Of a stretch of 64,000 bases of DNA, positions 51,068-64,000 are shown piece after piece (positions within the stretch are counted from its first letter, which is position 1; each line of letters begins with the position of its first letter). The position numbers and the translations under genes were made by a program. The notes under the pieces were generated by a model. It was not told the DNA's origin and searched no databases. It was given only the letters and a program-made list of their open reading frames with translations. Where the stretch lies: NCBI GenBank assembly GCA_002269645.1, contig NIVC01003201.1:1-64000 (forward strand). The letters run 5' to 3'. This stretch comes from Macrostomum lignano (lineage: Eukaryota).

Positions 51068-51075
51068 AGGACGGG
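50992..51075 (-). ncRNA. Candidate HDV-like self-cleaving ribozyme at the retrotransposon 5' end (P3/L3 non-canonical)
   Basis: Helices read by eye: CCCGUCC/GGACGGG (P1), UGACCCG/UGGGUCA (P2) and CCGGAG/CUCCGG (P4), in HDV nesting order, with ACGAA before the P2 3' strand. No canonical 3-bp P3 abuts P1. Confidence 0.4.
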
Positions 51076-53382
51076 TGTTGTTGTTGTTGTTTGTAAACAA
51101 ACCATAACAATTAGGTAGAAGCAAACGGTAGAGTACATTTGCGTGCTATTCTAAAAACAAAACAAAGGGTCAGTAGTTCCATAGTTCCATAGATGTAGTT
51201 CCATAGAAACGTTCTCTCGAATTGAGACTTCACCATTCTCCCCAACACGTCTAACGCAGACTTTAGAGGAGCTCGTTTCCACACTAGAGTGAACAAGTCT
51301 CACCTTCTCCTGAAATTTAGTCTATGGCTCAACTCTCTACCTATTAGCGCATCGGAAACAGACTTGACCATAGACAGTATCTGCTCAACTCCAACATCCA
51401 GCCTATCTATCTCTGACATTGAGCCTGAAAATTTCTACACTGTTGCCAGGAATTTTCTTTATCCAGCTGATTTATAAGAAAATCGAGTGTGGCGGTCAAT
51501 TCTAATGTACTTCAGATGTCCGTGATGTGTGCACACTCGATTTGATCTTTGAGAGAAAAGCTTGTCTGTTCCATGCTACAATTGCTACAAAAAAAAGCAA
51601 TTTCATTAAAGCAGTATTCTTTTTTAAACAATTTCTGAGTGTCAGTGATTAGCGCAACTCACTACTTGTAGTAGGAAAATGAATGGAGAAAAACAGACAG
51701 AAGTGAATATATTTTTAACCCAGCCGATTTTCCTGTAATATTCTTTTGAAAGCTATTTTTACTTTGCTTGTGACAGGGCATGGCAAGGAAAGAACTGACG
51801 ATTTGAAAAGAAGTGCATGCCCGAAATTTTGGGCCCACCGCATGCATGTCCCACGGGGTAACGCGGCACCGCAAAAACTCTCTTTTTCTTTGCAAGTCCT
51901 TCCGACTACTAGCGGCTCATGAGCAGAGCTTTTTGTTTGCTTTTTTTAACCGACTTTTTTATTGAGAATCTTCTTTAGAGTTTGATTCAAGTTTTTATTG
52001 GTTATTCTAACACTCTATGGATACTTTTTCAAGTCAGGAAAACCGAAGGCATTCGAAACCCTTCAGCGTGAATGTTGCTGTTTGATGTTAAAAGCAGCCT
52101 GATTTCCTGCCTTAGGTGCAGTGGAGTAGAATTTCATTCATTTGCACGTCACCCAGCTGTCAACCCGTTCCAACAATTCATGCAGGAATTTCGTTCGAGC
52201 AGAGTTTTCAATTTTTTTCAGCTAATTTTTAGAGCTTGAGATTCGATCTTGACCAGGAGGAACTGCGGTGGCGAATCAATCAACACAGAAGCTGGCATGT
52301 CCTGACCGCTCTAAATGGCTGTCTGCCCCATCACTCTGTTCTCAATAAAGCCAGCTCAAACTGAGCCGTGTCAAAGTGACCTCGCTTGGCTGAGCGCCCG
52401 GGCCCACCTCCTACTGCTTGTGAAGAAATGCCCCCCCCCAACCTCCAAAAAACAACCCCCATCCCCCCGGCGACTTCCCCGCTGATTCTGTCGCGCTTCC
52501 TTCTTCGTCTTCTTCATTCTATTCTTTACTTACATGACGGCGGCGGTGGCAGCGGTGACGGCGGCAGCAGCAGCTCTCTGGGGGGGGGTCGCCCAGGCGC
52601 GTCGCAGGGACGGCTCAGACCTACCGAGGCGCCGGAAGTGGCGCTTTTCATGCGCGCACAGAGGCCGGCGAGGTCGGCGGGGTCCCTCCCGGTGAGCCGT
52701 CGCCTCTGGGGTGGGGCGCTTGTCAGTGGCTGGCAGTCTGGCTGTGTGTGCGTGTGTGTGTGTCACTGCCGCCCCCACACCAGCTTGAAGACTGCAGGTG
52801 CCCCAAAGAAAGAGGAGAGACAGATTTCAGAGCTGTGTGCGCAGGGTGCGCCTTGGTGCTAGCAGTTGTAGGAGCAAACAGGGCCAGCTGCCGCGTGATG
52901 CAGCTGGGGGGGGGGGGTACAGAGGGAAATTGCAGGGGAAGTCGACCTCGCCCGACTGGCAAGGAAGAATAAAGAGGCAAGCTTGAAAGAGTCCTGGGGG
53001 TTGAGCATTGTGCCCGTGTCGAGACCCCTGTCGCCCCTCGCTGCGCTGGAAAATGTTGAAGTAACCGACGAGATTTTCAACAGCGCAACTTTACCGTGCA
53101 TGTCGTTTTTGGGGGTAAAGAGGGAGAGCAGGCGCGGGCCAGAGATAGAAGCACTTCCATTGGACAGCCGTGTCATGCACTGAGTCCGCAGTTCGCGTCC
53201 ATTCAGCTTGGCTGTAAGAATTTTCTCACTAGCTACCCATATAGTTTGACTTCTCTTCCATCAATTTCATCCATTATTCTGATTCTCGGTCAAATCTGCT
53301 AGTATATAAACTGGCTGGGAACTTGGTTTGACTTCAGTCCTCCTGCCAGGCCACTCAGTCACTTTCCTCCCAGCTGTTTGGC

Positions 53383-57160
<3,778 letters not shown>

Positions 57161-57221
57161 ATTAAAGAAAGCTCAGTCGCGTAAGTTTTATAGCTTGATT
57201 GACTCGATGTTTTACTTCACC

Positions 57222-57227
57222 AATAAA
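57222..57227 (+). terminator. Probable polyadenylation signal of the BAMBI-like gene
   Basis: AATAAA ~60 nt after the stop codon, followed by U-rich sequence. Confidence 0.45.
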
Positions 57228-57614
57228 CAAAGCTTCAGAATAGTCTATGTTTTCATTCGATTGAAAAGCCCATGCAAAAATCTATATTTTGCCAATCAAT
57301 CTAAACAGTTTTTTATTTATTTCTACTGATTGAATCCTGTCCGTTAACTAATAGAAATTCTTTGTTACATTTAGTTTTACTTTTTACCTTGTTGGTTCAT
57401 GTGGCTTTGTAAATTTTTCTCATTGCAATATTAGGGCATCTTATGATGACGTTCGTAACTTATAGAACAGTTTTGACTCATAACTCCAACTCATCCTGCA
57501 AAAAAATCGATCATTGGATAAAGACTTTCTGCGATTTTTCATTAGATGCTATGCACTCTTGGACTCGTAGTTTGCTTGCGTTCAGCCCACTTCTAATAGT
57601 CTGTAACAGTTCAT

Positions 57615-58455
57615 AAAACTGCAGTAGTTTGTGTATCAAAACTGCAGTAGTTTGTGCATCAAAACTGCAGTAGTTTGTGCATCAAAACTGCAGTAGTTTG
57701 TGCATCAAAACTGCAGTAGTTTGTGCATCAAAACTGCAGTAGTTTGTGCATCAAAATAGCAGTAGTTTGTGCATCAAAACTGCAGTAGTTTGTGCATCAA
57801 AACTGCAGTAGTTTGTGCATCAAAATAGCAGTAGTTTGTGCATCAAAACTGCAGTAGTTTGTGTATCAAAACTGCAGTAGTTTATGCATCAAAACTGCAG
57901 TAGTTTGTGCATGAAAACTGCAGTAGTTTGTGTATCAAAACTGCAGTAGTTTGTGCATCAAAACTGCAGTAGTTTGTGCATCAAAACTGCAGCAGTTTAT
58001 GTATCAAAACTGCAGTAGTTTGTGCATCAAAACTGCAGTAGTTTGTGCATCAAAATAGCAGTAGTTTGTGCATCAAAACTGCAGTAGTTTGTGCATCAAA
58101 ACTGCAGTAGTTTGTGTATCAAAACTGCAGTAGTTTGTGCATCAAAACTGCAGTAGTTTGTGCATCAAAACTGCAGCAGTTTATGTATCAAAACTGCAGT
58201 AGTTTGTGCATCAAAACTGCAGTAGTTTGTGCATCAAAATAGCAGTAGTTTGTGCATCAAAACTGCAGTAGTTTGTGTATCAAAATAGCAGTAGTTTGTG
58301 TATCAAAACTGCAGCAGTTTATGTATCAAAACTGCAGTAGTTTGTGCATGAAAACTGCAGTAGTTTGTGTATCAAAACTGCAGTAGTTTGTGTATCAAAA
58401 CTGCAGTAGTTTATGCATCAAAACTGCAGTGGTTTGTGCATCAAAACTGCAGTTA
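57615..58455 (+). repeat. 23-bp minisatellite (AAAACTGCAGTAGTTTGTGCATC)n
   Basis: Direct reading. AAACT-N5-AGTTT stem. Confidence 0.95.
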
Positions 58456-59079
58456 GCTAAAATCTTACTAAACCAAAACCCAAAAGAAGTTACGCTTGAG
58501 GTTTCATACTTCCACAAAATAATACTCATGGAAAAAATTCATATAGATGTTTCTGCCTATTCTATATTGTTAAGAACCTCTCTGCTTTCGTTGCTCAAAA
58601 AAATAATATTTTCGATTATTAAATCAACTGGAGAACTCATCCAGCTTGTACATGAGTTTCTATTTTGTTTAAACTTGAACGTTTGGATTAGAAATTTTCG
58701 AAATTTTTAAATAATAAGACCAATGTTTAGTCAACACTGGCTGTTACGTATAAAATAGAGCTTCATATTTTGAAGTGCAGTTTAATTTCTTTCTGAATAT
58801 TTTTTCTCATTTGCTAATGTTGTGCCTATTTTATATTTTCGTTAAAAAATTATAAAACGCTTCAACATATGCACAGTTATCAAATTTTATCTGATCAGAA
58901 ACTGGATTTTAATGAGTTGCAATGTTTTTTTACATTTTTATTGGCAAGAATCTGGTTTATTTCACATATTTTTAAGGTAGGTATTTGCAGTTAATAGAAT
59001 TTCAAAGAAAATACACTTGATTTCATCATGTCTCGATAGGGTGAAAGAGTGAACGCTAGTGAGCGAGTGAATTCATTTA

Positions 59080-59990
59080 ATGAGTTCAAAAGTTGATGAG
59101 TTCACGAGTTCACGAGTTCTTGAGTTCACGAGTTCACGAGTTCACGAGTTCACGACTTCACGAGTTCTTGAGTTCATGAGTTTGTGAGTTCATGAGTTTG
59201 TGAGTTCATGAGTTCACGAGTTCACGAGTTCACGAGTTCACGAGTTCACGAGTTCACGACTTCACGAGTTCACGAGTTCACGAGTTCACGAGTTCACGAG
59301 TTCACGAGTTCACGAGTTCACGAGTTCACGAGTTCACGAGTTCACGAGTTCACGAGTTCACGAGTTCACGAGTTCATGAGTTCACGAGTTCACGAGTTCA
59401 CGAGTTCACGAGTTCACGAGTTCACGAGTTCACGAGTTCACGAGTTCACGAGTTCACGAGTTCACGAGTTCACGAGTTCACGAGTTCACGAGTTCACGAG
59501 TTCACGAGTTCACGAGTTCACGAGTTCACGAGTTCACGAGTTCACGAGTTCACGAGTTCACGAGTTCATGAGTTCACGAGTTCACGAGTTCACGAGTTCA
59601 CGAGTTCACGAGTTCACGAGTTCACGAGTTCACGAGTTCACGAGTTCACGAGTTCACGAGTTCACGAGTTCACGAGTTCACGAGTTCATGAGTTCACGAG
59701 TTCACGAGTTCACGAGTTCACGAGTTCACGAGTTCACGAGTTCACGAGTTCACGAGTTCACGAGTTCACGAGTTCACGAGTTCACGAGTTCACGAGTTCA
59801 TGAGTTCATGAGTTCATGAGTTCATGAGTTCATGAGTTCACGAGTTCACGAGTTCACGAGTTCACGAGTTCACGAGTTCACGAGTTCACGAGTTCACGAG
59901 TTCATGAGTTCATGAGTTCATGAGTTCATGAGTTCATGAGTTTGTGAGTTTGTGAGTTCATGAGTTTATGAGTTCTTGAGTTCGTAAGCT
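59080..59990 (+). repeat. 8-bp array (GAGTTCAC)n
   Basis: Direct reading. The SSRVHEF ORF is an artefact. Confidence 0.97.
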
Positions 59991-60290
59991 TATGAGTAAG
60001 ATAATGAGCTTGAGTCTATAGTTGATTATTGCATGAGTTAATAATGACTATATGACTCCATGAGGGAGTGAGTCAGGGCGGGTAAGTGGATCAGGGGTGG
60101 GTGAGTGGGTGAGTAAGCCGGATTTTCCCAGGAGGTAGAGAAGCGTTGAATGTGACCAAGTCAGAAATAGCAGCCACAGAAGCAGCAGTTTATTGCAATG
60201 GGATTTCTAAAACGCTAAGAAAGACGCTATACATTAAAATCATATAGTGACAATGAATGTTTGATTTAGTATATGTTCGAATCGCGCATC

Positions 60291-63200
60291 TCATTTTCCA
60301 TTTTTAGATTTTGTGCCCTTCTGCTTTTTCTCTTTCTTCTGCTTCTTCTCTTTCTGCTTCTTCTTCTTGCCCTCTTTCGCGCCGCTCTCCGCCGCCTCAG
60401 TTGGAGAACGCAGGCGCTGAAGCTTCTCAGCCAGGGCAGCGGCTAGCTCCGCCTCCGCTTCGGCCTCCTCCTGCTCGGACTCGTGTATGAGCTCCGTGAT
60501 GAGGGCTCGCCTGTCCACCACTGACTTCAATTCGGCCAGCAGCTGCTTTTCGTTCAGCCTGTCCTGGTCGTTTCGCTGCTGGTCTGAAAGGGGTGGCAGA
60601 CCATTTTCAGACTCTTGCGAGCCCCGAAGCAACAGGCTCTGTACATGCTTGACAACGAGAAAGTCGAGGCAGCTGTACAACAACCGACTTGTTTAGGTGC
60701 TATTAAATTAACACGTGACACGCGGCGTTTGTCAAAGCATTGAATTGGCAAGAAGCAAAAATTAGCAGTACTTTTAAAAGAAAATTTCTCACCTGACTTG
60801 GACAGGGCGATGCGCAGGTCAAATTCGATTACCGAGTGCCGCAGCTCGAGTTCCCGCTCCTCAGAGCTGAGGGAGGTCGCCGGGGGATCGTGAAGAGAAA
60901 TGCGAAAAGACAAAGAAAACATTACTTTACATGACTAGATGTTATAATACACCTCAAAGTTTACGATACAGCAACTGGATCAACTGCAGGTTGAAGCGGG
61001 TTTTTCTGATCTGTTTTGCACTTGGAATAACTGCTGCATATTGCACTTTCTAATGTGAAGTAGAAAGCATGAAACAGAGAGCTACGCACCGTCGCAGCAA
61101 GTACATTTCCTTGCGGCAGAGCTGGTTGCGCTCATTGACTAGGCTGATCCAATCGGCAAGAAGTCGCTTCTCCTCGGCGGGGTTCTGCGTCTCGGCTAAA
61201 AAAAGGCGGGAAAATTTCGACTAAAAATGAAACAGTATGAGTCAGAACACCAGATGAAACTCACCTGTCTTAAGCAGCTCATACAGATCTCTGCCTCGCT
61301 GCTCAACTTCCACCTGGAGTCGATTGATGCCGGCTAGTTCCCGTTCGATGTCTTCGTAGGCTTCGAACTCGTCCGGAGCCTCGGTGCGGATCACTCGGCG
61401 ACCCTCTGGGCTCGCGTCGGGGCCAACCGTCTCAGCGTCGCTCAGAACAGGCGGTGGAGTCGGTGGAGGAGTTGACGGACGCTGGCGAGCCTGAATTCGC
61501 AGTGAAGGACCAACTGGTGCGCCAGGCTGAGCCTGTTTCTTTGAGAACAATGGCGATGGTGACTCCACGTGATCTACTGAATGTTTTGCCTGAGGCTGCT
61601 TCGTTTGCCTGAGCTGCGATGGAGGCTCGGATTCAGTTTTGGATGAGGCTTGGGACTGCGATGACGATTTAAGCTGATGCTGGGACAGAAGCTGTATCGG
61701 AGGTCCTGGAGTATCCTGTCTTTGCGTCAAATTTATTGGAGTAAATTTTTGCGATGGTTGAATCAACCGCTCTCCATGAAAACTTTCCTGTCCATGCTTG
61801 TCGGTTTTTCTCAAGCCTAAATGCTGTGAAAGAGGCTGGGACTGAGAACTGGATGGCGTTGACAGGCCTTGGCTCTCAGTCTTTACCGTTTGAATAGTCT
61901 GCGACCTCGGCTGCAACTGTTCTAGCGATTTCGGCTGTAATGGTTTGTCCGCTTTTGTAGCTTTGAAGCACGAAGGCTGTATATCGACGCTTTTTGAGTA
62001 CAGTTGTGATTTAGAGTCAGGCTTGAGATGTGATTGTTGCTGCTCTGCGTTCAGTCCGCTGGTTGGTAATTTTTGAGTCAACAAGTGAGATGAGGGAGCT
62101 GTGTGGGGCCTTGAGTAATTGCTCGCTGTCTGTGTTTTTTGACCCAACGACTGCGACGGTGTTTGTTTTGATGAGCATGAAGTTTTCGTAAGGAAATGCG
62201 ACTGCGGCCTATGCTTTCCTGCATCTGCGGACGGCTGGCTTGAAGATTGCAACGGTTGCGGCTTTAACCAAGAAGACTGTGCTGATGGTTGTGACGAAGG
62301 CTGTGGCTTCTCTAGGGGCGGGACTTTTGATTCTATGGGGTTCGAAGCAGACACGGACGTTGAAGATAAAGGTGTTGGCTTCAGAATTTCCATCGCTGAT
62401 GGACCCGACGGCTTTGAGTGCGCCGACTGGCGAATTGGCTCAGGTGCGAACTTGGACTGCGGTGGTGGAACTAACCGGATGTTCGGATTTGCTACCTTCT
62501 CCTGCTCATCCGCCAGCTGTCGATCACGCGGCGACAAAGGTGGTGATTCTGGAAGCGTGTGCAGAGCTGGCGGCAGAGGCGACACCGAGCGAGGCGGTGA
62601 TAGAGCAGACGTCTTAGCAACTGGACTTGTAAGCGTCTGTAACATTGGTGGCGGCTTCGGCGACACCAAAACTGGAGGCGGAAGCACTGGAGCTGCCGTC
62701 TTTGCCGGAGGCTCCTCTGTTCCGGTTGACTCCTCTTCCAGTTTCCTGCGTCTGTAGGCCACCGAAGCCCGGTGCAATGATTGCCGGCGGTCTTCCAAGT
62801 GGCACTGTCGGTGATATAGTTTTCCGGCTTCGATATGGCGCTCTAGGAAGAAGACCGGATCGCCGCACTGAGCACAAACGGCGGCTGGTCGCTGGGGTGA
62901 ACGTCGTGAAGAATTGCCACGGGTTGATGAAGGGGATGCTGCCGGCCTCGTTTTTACTGGCATTGTAGCTGCGGCTGTTACCTCTGTAGGTACTTTTAGC
63001 GGTGTCGCTGCCGGTGACTTCTTGATCGGCGCTATCACTTGAGCTTCTGTTGGTGGCTTTGCGGGTGCTGCTGGTGATACAACTGCCGCTGCGGCTGGCT
63101 GGCCGTTTGCAAATAAACTCACATCAGGACCACCGGCTGAGGGCAAAACGAACGTTGGAGAATTATAATTTGCATGCAGTCTTCATATTTTTTGATACTT

Positions 63201-63558
63201 ACTCCTCTTTGGGATTGGAGTTCTTACCTTTCTCCTTTCCCTGCAGGTTGAGATTATAGTAGGTGACATAGGTAATGATGCTAAGCTTCTCCGGCACCTC
63301 CATGTCTTCCGCGTCAAGCAACGCCGGGATGCCCAGAGTCTCAGCTGTCTCAAACGCTAGCCGGTTGTTCTCCAGCCAATCGGCCGGCTGGAGGCTGTGA
63401 AAGTTGACCAAGTCCGGCCGGTAGCGGTGCAGAATGGCGCAGAAGGCCAGGCCATCCTTGAAGCTGCTGGTGAAGTTCCTAACGCGGACGTTGGCGTAGC
63501 CGTCGGTCTGTTGCTGGCACCAGCGCAGCAGAGCCTGGATCTTGTCGGCGTAGGACAT
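60291..63558 (-). CDS. MICALL: MICAL-like protein (CH domain, partial LIM, Pro/Ser/Gln-rich linker, bMERB Rab-binding domain; ~891 aa)
   Basis: Exons 63558-63228 (CH: LLRWCQ...[23 protein letters not shown]), 63136-61265 ([25 protein letters not shown]), 61195-61090 ([15 protein letters not shown]), 60866-60793 and 60583-60291 total 2676 nt with phases consistent. No monooxygenase domain or CaaX. Confidence 0.85.
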
Positions 63559-64000
63559 TGCAACACTGTGGCGACGATGGCTGCTGAAATCAGCTGATTC
63601 GGTAAAGAGATTCGGTAAAGTAGCGTCTCAGTTTCCGAATTCTGGACTTGTCTTGCAGTTAATATTTCAAAGAAGCGAACCCAACAGAAACTTTTTAGCT
63701 TAAAGAGATCAAGTTGCAGAAACTGGCTTAGAGGAGACCTCCTTTCGTTTTCACAGCTCTCTTTCTGCCGTTTCTGGGATTTATTGCTTAATTTACTGCG
63801 ATAAACTGGTACTCCACTGGTACTGTAATACTCTAAAGGTTGAGCAAACAGGTAGGTTTATTTCCAGAAAAATTATGCACTTACGAATTCCAGACAAGCT
63901 AGATGCCAGAATATTCAATTGGAAACACTTTTAGTGCAGTGTCTGTTTCTCTTGCAATCATTTAGTAAGTAAGAACTAAGATTTGCAGATTGCAGTTGCG

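Larger units (their letters stand above)
46617..51090 (-). mobile_element. Apparently full-length Ingi-type non-LTR retrotransposon (2A-PHD-PHD-APE-RT-RNase H-Zn knuckle), flanked by (CAA)n
   Basis: One polyprotein split by two frameshifts. The 5' end CCCGTCC is at 51075, and a short 3' UTR is followed by (CA)n(CAA)n. (TTG)n tracts lie at 46618-46636 and 51076-51090. Confidence 0.9.

Noticed and set aside
63197-63201. Alternative MICAL-like exon 1 donor (GA|GTAAGT)
   Set aside because: It is phase 2, incompatible with the phase-1 acceptor at 63137. The donor at 63227 fits.

Overview
Repeat-rich animal genomic DNA with spliced genes. The minisatellite landscape suggests an invertebrate, possibly a Macrostomum-like flatworm (inference only). 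Five genes can be assembled by hand from GT-AG junctions that keep phase. (1) IGF2BP/Imp-like RRM+4KH gene (-, 4757-9042) with an apparent frameshift between KH2 and KH3. (2) Invertebrate troponin I with a 10-nt microexon and a modular Glu/Arg-rich N-terminus (-, 14768-18988). (3) 10-exon membrane protein with signal peptide, 3xCUB, LDLa and TM, NETO/LEV-10-like (-, 26430-43609). (4) BAMBI-like kinase-less TGF-beta pseudoreceptor (+, 53383-57160). (5) MICAL-like CH/half-LIM/bMERB protein (-, 60291-63558). Between genes 3 and 4 lies an apparently full-length Ingi-type non-LTR retrotransposon (-, ~46617-51090). It has a structured 5' end in HDV-ribozyme-like nesting order, a 2A StopGo motif (DVERNPGP), two PHD fingers, APE, RT and RNase H, is broken by only two 1-nt frameshifts, and is flanked by (CAA)n next to the tail of an RTE fragment. 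Also present are four tRNA-derived CORE-type SINEs, a hAT-Charlie-like MITE, a 1-kb foldback element and about 20 distinct tandem arrays, two of which are built from splice-site consensus sequences in the sense strand of their host intron. No database searches or folding programs were run; family calls rest on recognised motifs.
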